The position numbers and the translations under genes are program-made. Under the pieces are notes generated by a model. That model saw only the letters and a list, made by a program, of their open reading frames with translations. It ran no database searches and was not told the origin of the DNA. A stretch of DNA of 63,595 nt, counting the filler, from Choristocarpus tenellus KU-1152 (Eukaryota > Protista > Phaeophyceae), in NCBI GenBank assembly GCA_964200185.2. It is 5 parts of 5 records of this genome, joined end to end, with 100 filler letters (N's around TTAATTAATTAA, not from the genome) between each part and the next. Parts side by side here need not be neighbours in the genome. Positions count along the whole stretch, not along the records: positions 1 to 19,710 come from CAXNAD020000451.1; 4 more parts are not named here. One strand, written 5' to 3'. Numbering within the stretch: the first letter of the stretch is position 1; each line of letters begins with the position of its first letter. Of the stretch, positions 1 through 14,196 are shown one piece after another.

Positions 1-355
1 GTGCTGAGAGATAATTCATGCACACGTGCATTCCACCTTTTTGTGTAGGGGGGGGGGGGAGTTGTCCTGGATACTCCTAATTGAAGACGTCAAGTGCCTT
101 TGATTATATACTACATACAAACATCACTGATTCTGAGCACATTGTAAGGGATTTCATACTGCTACCAATACGCAACAAACAAGTTAGTTGAAACAATATA
201 GTTGTAGCTCTCAATGCGCACAATTTCCTGCTGCAATATGCTAAGCACTCGATCGATGACAGAACCTCAATTATCACTGATTCAAAGCTCCATCTCCCAT
301 CCCTTGTTGGTGAAAAGCACAGTCAATCCAGCAGAAGAGCAGAGTATGTGTGCAC

Positions 356-2199
356 CTCTCCAGGACATATGCTGCACAGAGTCTTTGCATGCCCTCTTTC
401 GATGCAGTTCCACACCCTTGCTCATCCCGCCCCCCTTTATATTCTGCCATGGCCCGTCTTCCCCAGTCAACTGACTTGGTTTTCCTAGCCAGTCGGCGAT
501 GTATCCATCCGCGAACAAGTCGCTGTAGACGAAATGCCATAGAAGCGCGAACCTCCCTTTGCCGTTTCAACTCCCGACGAAATACTAGAATGTACCTACG
601 CACACTGAACCCTCTCCATCTTGACTGAATTCGACGTGCGAGTTGTGCCTGCCTTGCTATCACCCTGGTGGCTGCATACAGGATGTTCAGCATGCACACT
701 AGATATGTCAGAGTGAGGTGTTTGGTTCCTTATATCCGAGAATTTATTGGTTTGAGATAATGATCACTTCGCTTTTTAATTCAAGAGAAGAGAAGGAGGG
801 GATGAGTAGATTATAAATTCGTAGAGGAAACTCCATTTTGGCCTGCCAGCCATCAAAGTTACTATTCTCTCACCGATTTCATGAATATTGTCTTCCACAA
901 CCATCCTTGGAGGTCGACAACCTGTTCTCTGGACAAGTTCGACATAATCCCTGTAGAGTTGAGTCTCTTCTGCCTTATTTTTGTACCAAAATACTTTCTT
1001 TTGGTCAGGGGAGCTCTTGAGAGCATACTGGACAAGGATAGGGTGAGCTCTCTTGATAACCCTAAGCCACCTTTCCGTGTGAAAAATACGACGCCCAAGT
1101 CGTCCACGCATGATGGCCTGGATTACCTGCGCAGATCGGAAATCCAGAAGAAAGGTGGTCTTCTGTTTCCCACTCTCAGCCACACCCCACTGAATGCCAA
1201 GATATCTTCGATATGCCCGCTGCAATGAAACTACGGATGCCTTCTCTAGCCGTCGACGACGGAACAATTCCTTTTGCCCCCCTTCATTCAAGGTCAATGG
1301 TTGAGCAGAAGGAATGAGGGTCGACATTACTTTGTGTATAACGCTAGGAGATCATAATGAATCCGATGCAAGGGTCAACTCGCAGACGTTATTTTAAGCA
1401 GATATCGACCGACTTATGCTGAGCATTAAGCGACCATAAATGACTGTGGAGGGATGAATGTATGTGTTGCGCAGTCCAAGTCACTAGCTGGTGACACCCC
1501 CAAAAAATAGTTTCTGAATACACCCACCTCAACAACTTGGCTTCCACGCCCAATGGAAGATTATGTCTTACCTTGAATGAGATGTAAGAAATCCTGTGCT
1601 CCTACCCGTAGCCCACCCGTCTCACCACACATCGCACAGGGCGGAAGGCTCTGCTGTGGAAAAAAATCTGACGAAAAGAGAGCCTTAAGGTCTAGAGCTA
1701 CCCTCAGAGCAGCCGAGTCAATAAAGGTCACACCGTTGCACTTGGTACAGCTCAGATAGCCGCTCTTGTAGAAGAGTGAGCGACGGAGTCCTTTATCCTT
1801 ACGGTATCCATCGGGATCAAAGCCGAATTGCCCAGATTTCTTGTACAAACTGCGATCAGTCGTGTCGATCAACTTGGGAGGGACAATTTGAATTGAGCTT
1901 TCTACAGACCAGCTCGATGGGACTTGCATTCGACGAATCAAACTGGCGACCTTATTCGATTGTTTTGGTTCTCCCTTTTGATTTGTTGAACCCCCGTCCT
2001 GATCACCACCAGTGTAGGAAAGAGACCCAGGAACTTGCTGCGAGGGTCGTGAGTCGCTCAAGATTAACCCTTCAAACGCCTCCTCTGTACCCTCCAGGGA
2101 TGACAATAAAGATTTCGCCTCCTCCAATAAAGGAGTCGATACTTGTGTTGCTAACGACCGGGACCACCCTGTATCCGAGATCTTGGGGAGGGTAGACAT
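356..2199 (-). CDS. IQ-motif (calmodulin-binding) protein with a possible N-terminal zinc ribbon; 3' end probably outside the window
   Basis: Exons 2199-1572, 1281-874 and 671-356 join in frame through GT-AG introns. IQ-like motifs LQRAYRRY, IQAIMRGRLGRR, IQSRWRGFSVRR and LQRLVRGWIHRR; CTKC...CAMC in exon 1. Confidence 0.75.
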
Positions 2200-2608
2200 G
2201 GGAACTTTTCATGTAGATGCTCGATGGTAGCGTGTGTGTGTTCACCTCGCTGTATGGCGTTTCTTGTGAAAAAAGACTACCAAGGTGGTCCACACTGTTC
2301 AAAATCTACTTAGAGATAATATAGTATCTGTTGTAGACCTGGAAACCAGTCTCTATCTTTTCGTTTCCCGTTCTCCCCAGCAACAAGCACAGCTTTGCCA
2401 GCCACTCAATTGGTGTATACCTTCTCTCCCCACTCTTGGTTTTCATTGGCCACCTTACCCTTTCTGATCATTATGTTGGTGACATGATGTTCTTGTCCGC
2501 AAGGGCAGCAGCCGTGAGGATTCCCACCAGTGCTGCTTTATTTCATTAGTGCTGGACTGATTAATTTCTAGTTCAATTCCGATAGGAGTAAGAAGTTGTG
2601 CGGGAATA
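2200..2608. promoter_or_regulatory. Putative bidirectional promoter
   Basis: 409 bp between divergent start codons at 2199 (-) and 2609 (+). Positional inference only. Confidence 0.45.
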
Positions 2609-5600
2609 ATGTCTTTCTTGCAATTTGCTGGAGAGGACCTCCATTTAAAAAGAGAGAAACAAGCAGCATTCAGGGCGACCTTGGACGAGCAACGCCTTGA
2701 GAAGCAACGAAACGGGGGCAATGTGGATGGTGATCGAGAACAACATGGGGGAGATTCCTCAACATCAACGCGATATGATAACAACATTCCGGGGCTTGGA
2801 GGATACCTGGGATCAGGTGTTGGCGGGATGACAGGTCGGAGAGATGAGAACCGCGATAGAGCTCCATACATGTCTGCTTTGGCGGAGATGAACGGAAGGC
2901 CTCCGCAGGCCAGGCAACAACAGTTCGAAAAGGAGAGTCAGTACCGCATGATGCTCAAGGAACAGATAGATGAAAATACAAAAAGAAAGGTAAGAGATAG
3001 CCTTTGCCCCCTTACAAGTTGTACCTCTTTCAGTCTATGTGTTTCCCATCAGTCAAGACGAAACCTGACTTGAGAACATTGACGTCTACTATTCATCCTG
3101 ATCCCACTGCATTGATGATGTTTTAGCGGGTTAGGGTTAGAGTTGTCAGGAAATGCAGCTGGCACCTAATGAGAGTGCTGTGTGTGGAATCTTCCTGAAA
3201 AACTTAAAAACCACATGGACAATGAACGCGTACAAATTCCCCATCCCTCGAACCCTATGCAAGGAGCGGGTGCAAAACTTTGGCATTGTGCGACTCACCA
3301 AGTGAATCTTCTGAAATTTACTGCAGGCATTTCACAGGAGTCGAGTTGTTGCGAACCCCTCAAAATACGCCATGCCCTATGGGTCCGGTGCCATAGGTTG
3401 GTACTGTTGGAGTTTGACTTCTGCGTATTGAATCTAGCTCTTTTGCAATTCTTGGAGGGGTCGAGGGATGTTTCTCTCAAGCTCCACCCAGTATGAATAG
3501 ATTGTTATCAGAGTCAAAATTTAAGGATAGATGAGGACCTTCCTCGGTAGCTGCAAGTCTTGACTGTGGCATCTTTTGTCCTGCCTGATACTGCCAGGAT
3601 GCCGAGAGAGCAAGGTTGGAACAGGAGAAACGCCAGGAGCTTGAGGATCTCCTTCGCTATGAGGGTCAAACATTGCCCCGACGCCAGCAACATGCCCAGT
3701 TCCAGGCATCGCCAGATTATCCTTTACCATCTCCCATTAACCCACAGGGAGCAGCTAACCAATCACATCGAGAGCACATCAACCAGGAAAAAGAGTGTCA
3801 ACAGGAGGATGATGCACACCGGAACGGTCATTACCAGCAGCGGAACTCCACTATGCAAATGGACCATTCCTATGAGACATCGTATCATAACAGGCGTACC
3901 ATGAACATTCACTCTACTAAAGATACTGAAGACTCACACAGGTGTGAGCACCACCACCAAAGGCATAGTCTCAATCGTAGCCCAATACAAGGACAGGGGT
4001 GGGGGCAAGATGTAGCACCACGAACTGACTCAGAGCCACACTACCTGCCTCCAAGAGGTCATGAGTGTGAGGGTGATCCTACACGTAGCAATGGTGCAGG
4101 GGAAGATACTGCTGTTCGGAAGCTTGCGTTTGATCCTGATGCGAATGCCAGTGTAACCTCCATGAAGACGGTGGAAGTGCCTCAGGCAGAATACGATGAG
4201 CTCACCACACTATGCCGAGAGCTCCTTCTTGAGCAGAAGGAGCTCCGCAGGAAGTTGGAAGAGAGCGAAATGCGGATCCGGGTTGAGGAGCAACGGCGGG
4301 ATGATGGTGAACATATACAACGTCAAGGAGCCCGCTGTGGTCCAGCACGAGCTAGAGGTCTGGGTATGGCAAGCCAGAACAAAGATCGGACCCAAGCACA
4401 AGGGCGGGGGGGTGGCAACTCAGCCCCTCGCCAGAGGGTCAATCGTGACCATAGGGAAAAGGAGGAAGGTCGGAAAAGCACAATGGTGGGAAGAGATGTG
4501 AAGACTAAGCCTGGAGTGGCATTTGGAAGCACTGTTTCTCGTGGGGGTGGCCTTGCTAAAGTCGAGAGCTTCTCTAGCAGGGCACACTCAGTCCAGGTGA
4601 GGCTTGCTGGTAGATATGTGTTAATGGGTAGGGACCTTAGGGCCAACTATGCCTTTGTTTTATGCGAAATAATGTGATTAATGTCTGTTTTTTATGCAGC
4701 ATGACTCTTGGGTAACTTGAAACTTTGGTATTTGTGTCAACAATGATTAAAAAATGACTCTACTGGCATTTTATGTAATTCCAGAGCTGCCATCCAGAGT
4801 GTAGGGGATGTTGGGACCTTTTCCTTGTGGTTACTTCTTCGTGGTGTACTTTCCCAGTGAGAATACCTATGTTGACTTATACCCTTTCACAGACCTCTTC
4901 TGTTTCTTTCCAATGAAATGGCTAACACATTCAAGAAAATGCCGTGTCAACTAGAATTACCCCCACAAGAAAAAAAAATCACTTGAGCCAGTCATTTGCA
5001 AGTTCACTCAATGTTCACATAGTATGCCTCTCCCTGTCATAACAAGGATCCCATCGCTCTCCATGCTAAGCCAACAGAATGGGCAGCTGTACCCTCCAGA
5101 ATATATGTTTTCCACCCTTTTATCATTCACTCTGTCTCCTGCAAAATACCCTTAACATCCTTCAAACTCGGCAGTGTCCTTTCTTTCCCGTCCCATACAC
5201 AGAAAACCTCCTCAAGTGGCTCTAGCCTCCGACCCCGTGCTAGCAAAAGTGAACCAGTTTCTGGGGTGAAGGAGAGGAGGCAACAACAAGCCAAGGGTCA
5301 TCATGGGATTCCTATGAGAGAAGCATGTTCTAGGGAGACAACCTTTGGGGGCAAGAGGACAGACTCGGCTCGCTCAAGCTTTGCAAGGGATACGAAGGAA
5401 GAACGCTATTGTGCAGGGTCAGCTCGGGGAGAGAGGCTATCAACATCAAGGTGGACACATGTTGGAGAGAATCATGATGACCGCGCCACATTTGGCACAG
5501 AGCAGAGTATTAGAAGGAAGGGAGGGAGGGGAGGCGGAATGGAGGACGGGAGGACAATCCATGATCTGCTGAAGGGGGCACCGCGATTTGTGTCACACAG

Positions 5601-5811
5601 GGAGGAGACTCAAGATGAGGGAGAACTCTTAGGAGAGCTGGGTGGGGAGAGTACGTTCTTGGCTGCTGACAATCACATTCCTCATAGACGCGACCCTGAA
5701 TACGGGCAGCAATTAGAGCAAAGGCAAGGTCAGGGTCAGTCTGATGGTTGTGTCACTGCAAGCCAATGGAGAGGTAATGGCAGCCATTGGGGAGGAAGTG
5801 AGCACCGTTGA
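2609..5811 (+). CDS. Low-complexity coiled-coil protein of unknown function, weakly CCDC66/CSPP1-like
   Basis: Exons 2609-2989, 3598-4596 and 5203-5811, with phase-0 GT-AG junctions. Charged helical segments QYRMMLKEQIDENTKRK and ELLLEQKELRRKLEE. The family name is a guess. Confidence 0.65.
3242..3470. mobile_element. MITE-like intronic insertion
   Basis: 15-bp terminal inverted repeat CATCCCTCGAACCCT ... AGGGGTCGAGGGATG with one mismatch; no clear TSD. Confidence 0.5.
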
Positions 5812-6735
5812 TGTCAGGGGAATCAGGGGGGGGGGAAGTAGTGGTTTACTTTCTTACCTTCCTGTGTATTGGTAGTTGGTGTTGCTGTAGGTGGTACACT
5901 ACTAAAGAGCAATGTAATTGACTGCTGCTTTGTTTGTTCAAGGGTTAGGGTCAGGTGCGCAAGTTCATATAGAGCTTTACAACAATGATTGCTCAGTAAA
6001 ATCATATACCTTAACATTTTGAACGTTATCGAGTGAGTACTTCAGAGTACAAAATACTCTTATCACTAGGAGAACTGCCATGAAAGATGTATATCTTGCT
6101 AGACTCGAGTACATGAAGTGAATGCAGTGCATAATTCCATCTGCAGCATCTTACATACCAATGACCTGAAAATATCGCCACGCCCATGAAGTCATTACAT
6201 GGATCGATTCTCCCTCAAGTGCTACTCATGCTGCCATCAACACATTTGTCACTATTGGTTGTACCAGTGATAATGGCCCTTGCTGATGCAACATATTCTA
6301 TGAAGAGGTGAAATGATCGACATTGGGAAAGTAGTACCATGATGTTCTGAGAAGTGCAGCAAGTATCCCATAGAATAGGTGACATTAAACACTCCAACAT
6401 ACCCATGCACCATGCATTCTTGCTAATCACACCACACCTACAAGTGCGTGTCCCCTGCATCTCCTGATGTCCTCCCACTGCATGATAGTTCCTTGTGTTT
6501 TGTATCCTGACTTGATTTTGATTCACTGTTGACCTTGCTGCTGGCCCCACTGGATCTGAGTCAATATGCTATGCTGGTACTGCAATGTGTATACTGTTGG
6601 GTTGTACATTGTTCTTTGAAGTAGTGACAATATTCTTGTTCACCATGGCTCCATGACTTGGTCCTCGGTTTTACTATGCCTCCAAACCAGGACCCATTGA
6701 CCAGCAGCAGTGGGAGCACTAGATCTAATGTGGTT

Positions 6736-8672
6736 TTATGGGTCTGGATCATAGAAGTCAACCCGTGCCCCAGACTGGAATCTTCCCGTAAGAGCCACAC
6801 GAACACACTTCTTGGCTGACTCAGACGGGTCCACCAGTGATCCTTGTTTCAACGAGTCCTGGAAGGATTGGCGGTATGGGAGAAAGCAGCCACTGCTGGA
6901 GCAGATCTGATGTAGCATGTCTGTATCCATTGGTCCTGGGGAGTAGTTCAAGACTTGCACCCCCCCCAGGGTTTCTTGCTCCTTGGCCAGCACACTGGGA
7001 TTGAAGTGAATAAGATGAGGTGTTAGGTGGTTTTAACCCTTTGAAGTATCTCAAGGTCACTGTTGGGATGTTAGAAATGAGGCGATATACGTGCACAGTA
7101 GTATTAAAAGCAATTAAACAAAAAAAATCAATGTGAAGAAAGAGTGTTGTTACGTACTTGGTTCCTGCAAAGGACCCTTGTAAGAAGAGCTTGTAAAACT
7201 TTCGTGTTGGCACCACATCCATACCTCCTACATGGATCTGGTCATTTTCATTTTCATTTTTTTTTTGAGAATTAAGAAACTTTCGAGGGTGTAAAATTTG
7301 AGGAAGAGCGACTACTGGTAATGGTACATCAGATCCATAATCGGGTAGGATGCTTACACTATGAACTCAGTGACATCTAGCTTTGATATGTGGCATCATC
7401 AAAGAGTGAACTGAATACAAGTAACACAATCCAGACCCCAGGTATTAATTGTTTGGCTAGCCCTACCAAGCATTCCAAGTCGAAAGCTATGGGATTAGAG
7501 GGGTTGGACATGCAGTTATGCACAGATCACCTGTGAAACATCTCTCTTGCCGATTTTCCGGCACAGTAAACCCCCCAGGATTCATAGGGCTTGACAGCAG
7601 CCAATGAGGACACGTTGATGACCAGGGATGAGAGATCGACCCTCTTTCCCCCTTGACTTCTATCTACAGAATGACTTCCCTCTGGTTCACATGTTGCATC
7701 GTGAGTTGTGCTGCTGCCGGTCGATGTTCCTGCGTCACCTGTGCCGTCAGCCTCAACATCCCCGACTAGAGCCCCGCCTTCACTCGTTGCACCCACATCG
7801 TCTGACCTTCTAGCTCCAAAGATGCTAACGAATCGTGACGTAATCCACATAGCGCATGTCAAATTCATGTCTATCTCCCGGCGAAGGGCAGACAGGGATG
7901 GAAACTCCTGCACAAAGCACAGGTCGCCCAAGGAACCAGCGTTGTTGACGAGGATAGCCCTAGAGTACGATTTGGCATCTGTTTAGGTAGGTAAGGATAA
8001 GGTTAACATACGGTGAAATATTGTTGCTGAGGCATCACGAGGTATCTGTCAGCAGAATAAGCAAAGAGGTCTCACCAGATGCCTAAAATTGAGTAAGAAC
8101 TAAAACATGGATAACTTGGGATGTAGTATAGCAGTTTGCAACATTGAGATCCAGCACCGAAAAGGCTACCACTTCAAGTTGGAGGAGATTGCTCGTTTTC
8201 CAGGAGCCCAAAAAACATAGATCCAATTAATTGTAAGGGTATCTTTGATTATCTAATCCAATCCATCGGGAAACACACTGTCTGATCGAAATGGTGCGGG
8301 CAACCCTTCAACAGAAGTGAGATAGAACCCCCCAAGATGAATGTCTTGGATGCAAATGAAGACAAAGTTTGCGAAATTCTGCGGTATCAGGATCACACCT
8401 AAAGAAGATAACAGGGTCTCTAGTGTTTGCTCGACTTGTTCTAAGTTCCCCAGATCCAGTGATTCTTCCCTAATCTTGAAGTCCTTGCTTTGATCAACTC
8501 TCTCCTTCACCCTTCGCAATGCGCTAGCTGTTTCCTGTAGTCCTTGCTTGTTCCTTGCGATAAGGATAACTTCCAAAGGATACGTCGAAGCACACGATCG
8601 CACGAATTCCTCAGCCACGCACCGTCCGAACCCCCTTGAGGCTCCAGTCACCAGAAAGAGGCACCTACTCAT
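6736..8672 (-). CDS. SPR: Sepiapterin reductase-like short-chain dehydrogenase
   Basis: Exons 8672-8399, 7978-7531 and 6994-6736. Motifs VTGASRGFG, LVNNAGSLG, INVSSLAA, YCAGK (YxxxK), VLNYSPGPMDTDM and a C-terminal FQSGARVDFYD typical of SPR. Confidence 0.85.
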
Positions 8673-8954
8673 GATCCATACAAGAAGTTGTGGTCGAATT
8701 GAAATAATAGTTTTCATTGGTTTCATAATAATAGATACTATTGACATTGAAAAACACATGCTGAACAGTACTTGAATTACGGGGCAATTTCCACGGTAAA
8801 ATACTCGGTGAGACGGGAGAACCATGGTGTTTGAAATGTTTTTTGGATGGGAATTCTTCGAAGTACATTGGATAGGGTGACATGCTTCACAACTGAACTC
8901 AAGGTGTGACTAACCGTTGTGCGCTTATCTCCTCTAGGATTCCTGGCGAATGAG
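8673..8954. promoter_or_regulatory. Putative bidirectional promoter between SPR and panB
   Basis: 282 bp between divergent ATGs. Positional inference only. Confidence 0.45.
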
Positions 8955-11900
8955 ATGCATGCCACTCGGAATGTGTTCTTCTCGGTCAGGTGTGAATTGC
9001 CTTCAATGAAGTTGTGGTATATGTCAGTCCATAGTGTAATGTCAATCGAAGGCTTACTTCAACAAATTCACGGTGCTTTCTAGGCGACGACTCTGCACTC
9101 GAACAGCCAGGAGCCCTGGAGACTTGTCCCCTCCTCCTCCCCGTAAGATGAGTGTGCTTGATGTTATCAAGGTGCGTCGCCAGGGTGAGAGGAAGCTTAC
9201 TATGGTCACATCCTATGATTACCCTTCTGCGGTCCACGTCTGCCGAGCGGGAGTCGATATCCTTCTCGTAGGGGATTCTGTGGGGATGGTAGAACTAGGC
9301 TACGACACAACACAGCCAGTCACAGTGGACGAGATGTTGCATCACTGCAAGGTGGGTCAAGATAGAATAGGACGGGCGATGGGAGAAGGTGAGGTACTTG
9401 AATGTGAGGATTGTGAGATGGAAATAGCATGGTGGAAAGTTTGGCGCTCATGCGAAGTCCATCTATCATATTCTGCGAGTCACAATACACATTTTGTGAA
9501 TAATGTTTCAGAAGGAACGTGCTAGGCTGATTTTATGGCCGTCAGTTGTTTGGCCATGGAATTGTCCCGACGAAAGAACAGGTTCGCTAACACCATTTGT
9601 TTGCTGGAACAGGCTGTGAGCCGAGGTGCAAGGAGTCCATTGATCGTTGGGGACATGCCCTTCGGCAGCTATGAAGTCAACCCGGAACAGGCACTTGAAA
9701 CCGCTATCCGGTTCGTCAAAGTACGTCGGTGTAACCCTTCGTCCTCGGACTATGGCATTCAATTTGCGAAGTATAATCTCTCCGTTCTGATCTAGAGGAC
9801 TCCCTGTTCTTTCTCCAAATTTCCCTTCCATAATTCGATTCCTTAGTGGAAGTGGGTTATAGTTGCGTACCACTCCCCACAGTTAATGACGTCTTCGAGT
9901 CTCATCCCTGATCAAGACTGCTGACGTTTGACCGTCGCCTTGGTGCAGGAGGGTAAGGTGGATGCAGTCAAACTTGAGGGAGGGAGAAATCGAGTGGAGC
10001 ATGTCAAGAAGATTGTCGACGGTGGTGTAGCAGTAGTGGGCCATGTTGGTCTCACACCTCAAGCAATAAGGTGCAAATTGTTAAGACATTATGCCAAAAC
10101 ACTCGCTCACTCCTACTTAAGTCGTTTTGCCTTGTGAGTTGAGTACTGCTTTCAGCACATGTGAACAGCATGTCATCTTTGTCCCTCTCCCCCTCCCTGA
10201 TCACCCTTTGAAGTGTCCTTGGGGGTTTCCGTGCGCAAGGTCGGACAGCAGTGAAGGCCCGTCAGCTGGTGGATGATGCAATTGCCATTCAGGAGGCTGG
10301 AGCTTTTGCGATTGTGGTGGAGTGTGTTCCGTCCCCGGTTGCGAGGGCCATCACAAATGCCCTTGAGATTCCCACAATTGGCATTGGTGCAGGGCCACAC
10401 ACCAGTGGCCAGGTGCTAATAATTTACTGCTTTTTGTTAGTGATGATTCCACTAACACAAAATGAATTGCCAATGCTTTGCCTTTATAGTCTGAATTACA
10501 AATTGGGTCATCAAGCACACGGAGGGATTTTTCTGTGTCTTATTCACTAACGAACTATCACTTAACTGCCCCAAATCCATACAATTTTTGTCACTGTATA
10601 GAATTAGAATATGTATGCTGAGACTGGAGCATGCAAAGTGTTACCAACTCCCATTCTGTTTTTTTGGATATTTGCAAACCAGGTACTTGTGTACCATGAC
10701 ATGCTGGGCATGCTCCAGCACCCCCACCACGCGCAGTTTGTTCCCCGCTTCTGTAAGCGCTATGCCAATGTTGGGGAGGAGGTGCGTGGTGTTCAAATGG
10801 TTCCTTTTAAATAAATCATTGGGATGCGTTTTGATGTGTCATCCGTGCCAAGTAGAGGCTATCGCAGAAAATAATGTATTTATTGTATGCTTATTATGCT
10901 GACTCCACACACTCTTGGAGGCACACTAGGGACGGATACTGTGTCATCACAAGTTTCCTCAGCTTACCGTTGATCCATTTTGAGATTGAGCAGGTGGGGG
11001 AGATTGCAGGGCGAATCTCTTCAATTGCATCATTATGGCATCTTTTGTTGCTACTATTGATAAACCGTACATTGTTAGGTTTAGGGTTAGGGTCAGGTGA
11101 GGGTCAAAATTCTTAGCATTTGAGCCTAACATAATTCTTTATAGTGAAGGCCTTTCATAAAACACACCAATAACCCACTTCAACTCAAACCTACCATGGA
11201 AAATCGTGTTCAGATCGTACACATTTGGGTTTCTTAACCACACTGGCTTGTGCTTAGTCTTTCTTTTTTTTTTAACTTGTGTTTATTCCAGGTCAGACTC
11301 GCAGGTCCAATTTGCCTAAGACAGGTCTCTTACTTCTTTTTTGCCTGAGCAGGTTCGGCGAGGGTTAGAGCAGTTTCGGGAGGAAGTGGAAACTGGTGTT
11401 TTTCCAGAGGAGCAGTACAGTCCGTACAAGATGTGTGCGGAAGAAGAGTTGCAGTTTAATTCCCTTCTTGCTAAGGTGAGCTCATTAACTGGATGAGATA
11501 ACTGACGCTCTGTTATTGGTTCACAAGACCGTCAGACTAAATTTTGCCGTATTCCTATGAAGACACAAGAGCAAGAGTCTATTAATGACTTGGGGAGGCA
11601 TGCAAGTATCTGCACATTTTTCTACCAAGCAGGTGTTCCGTATTTCTTGTCTGTGTGTACACAGGTAGCTGTTCTGACAAAGCAGTCATTCTCAAGTGAT
11701 GGAAGCCTGTGTCATCACACTTGATTTACCTTCTGTTGCATATTCCCCCATGTTCAAGTCACAGTTAGACCTCTAACCCTAACCCTAACCCTAAGTCACA
11801 GTTTCATTTTTTTTGTGTGGACTACGGTCATTTTGTTCCTCCACCAGTCTGTGTCTGTGTGCGATTGGAGCCTGTCAAGGGTTAGGGTGTATTTGTTCTC

Positions 11901-13107
11901 TTTTTCAAACCGTATTTTGTTGTTTTTTCAGTCAAATTCAGGCTCAAAACGAAATTCATTGCAACCAAAACTTTCAAGATCCAACTCTTTAGCATTTGAG
12001 CAGTTGAAAGTTCCGCACCACACCTCAACGTGGGTGCTTCTACATGATGGCAAATCAGGTGCCTGAATAAGTGTAAGAGAAGTCACACTCCTAGGCATGC
12101 AAAGTAGAAAAGACACCCTCTAACCCTAACACCTCGAGATACCATTCAGCTGGAATGTTTAGGTCAAATATGTTCATCAAGCTTCTTACCATCTGGATGG
12201 TTTCTTATGCAAACTGGAATGGTGTATTATTTAATATGAATAGTGTTATTACCAGGTGCTCATCACGCATGCTGTGCTGATGGAAAATCACCCATCACAG
12301 AGATCTTATTCTGTAGGTTTTAATTTCCTTCGCGTATCAGTTGCTCATCTTTAATGCGTAGAACCTGTTTACATTCTGGGTTGTTTTTTCTGGGGTGAGT
12401 GCAGAGAACATGTTCAAGCTTGTGTCTGTGATGTTTCAAGAGATGGAACGTTTTCTAGTAGATGATGGTGAACCTCAAAGTTAGGGTTCTTCCTATCTGC
12501 AAGAGCAATGTAGTCTATTGGGTTTTTTGTAGAAATGATATTTTGTAATTCAACAATGTTTGGGAACAACCCAACCCTCGCCCATTATTTGCCAAAATAG
12601 TGTCATGCGTCAACACAATTTAGTACCAACAAGCAAGGTTTTCTGCGAGAATACTTTGAGCAGCCCTTCTCTGTGTGTTTCCTTGCTAACACTACAATTA
12701 ATTTTGCGCTAAGAGAAGTTAAGAATAAAAATCAACTTTTTTCCTCCCTGACCTAGGAACAATATATTTTAATAGGAACGGTTCATGCACTCATACAATA
12801 CAATACTGGTTAATGTGAAAATGTAATTATTCCACAGTGCTGGCTTGTACCTTTTCCATGTCTTAAAGCATTCCTTTCTACTTCTTTTATTGCAGTTCTT
12901 GAAGAGGTTCAGTGTGAACTACTGCATCCATTCCACATATTGAGCACATAGCACATAGCACATGTCGAAATCACCCTTGCCATACAGGACAAACAACAAC
13001 GGCAGGAGAATTTGGCTCTGACAAAGAAGAAGCTTGAGGATCAAGCTGAATACGAAACTAAGCAAGACCGTAATTCAGAAGGCCTTTATGGAGGGAAGGG
13101 GGTATGA
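8955..13107 (+). CDS. panB: 3-methyl-2-oxobutanoate hydroxymethyltransferase (ketopantoate hydroxymethyltransferase), probably mitochondrial
   Basis: Exons 8955-8989, 9084-9351, 9613-9720, 9949-10070, 10214-10412, 10683-10781, 11353-11475 and 12988-13107. Motifs [43 protein letters not shown] and [11 protein letters not shown]. Arg-rich N-terminus [15 protein letters not shown]. Confidence 0.93.
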
Positions 13108-14196
13108 GACGCTTCTGGTCGGGACCCAGGGACAGGAATTGTATCTTGCTGGATAAGGTACAGGAGAAGCTACCATCAAGGGACAAAACAATAAACAACT
13201 GAGCAACTCCTGACTAGAAACATAGGTTACTGTACAATGATGTGTTGGTGGCAGACTAAACTTGATTGAAACTCTTTCAATTACAATTGGATTTGCTGCT
13301 TTTGAGCTTGACTGTATCGAAGAATGCATCGTGTTACTATTATAGGAATTATATCCTACAAGCAGTTGACAGCTTTATCTTTACCAGACTAGAGTTAATA
13401 GAACAGTGTATAAAATATGGTTCAGTTTACAACTCCAAGAGATGTGCTTTTAGGTAAGATTCCTCAGCATCTTGCTTCCTGCAGAGCTCTGTTGGAGCAT
13501 AGTAGGGATTGAAAAATGCTTTGAAGTGAGTGTGTTCTGATTGCATGCACATTGGTCCTAATCCTGCAAATAACACTCCGTATGATATTAAAGAACTCCT
13601 TTCCCTCCATCAAGAGTCAACTACAGTTCATCCAAAAGTCAAGAGTAGTAGTGGCACTAGAACCAAGTGAACTAATGAAGACGATAATCTAGCAACAGTT
13701 AGCAGCCCAGTAATTTTTTTTAGAGAATTAAAGTTGATCTTGACCCAAGGTAACAGCTCCATATTTCCAGATATATTCCACATATACCATACAACTACAA
13801 AAAGCATGTTAATGAAATGTAACTTGGAGCAAAACTTGCGTGTTGGCAAACAGGACAAAGTTGTTGCATAGTAACAGCAGTCAATTGAGTCAATTTGTTT
13901 GGTTAGGGTTAGGGTGGATTGCGTCCGTTCAAAGATCCTACCTAACCCTAACCCTTTAAACAGTGAACCTCACTCATAATCACTTTGCAAACCCATTTGT
14001 CTTGTGGAGCAAGTTCTTTGTATTAATCTTGACCTGTACCTGCACACTCAATAGGTTTTCCTTCCCTCTCGTTGAATCAGGGATGTGTATAGTGTTTGTT
14101 TTAGCTAAAATAGCAATCCAATGCAATGTATGTAGTAACACACATACTCATAAGGTTCTAAGTGTGATATAATGCATCCTTCCTCACACTCCAAAC

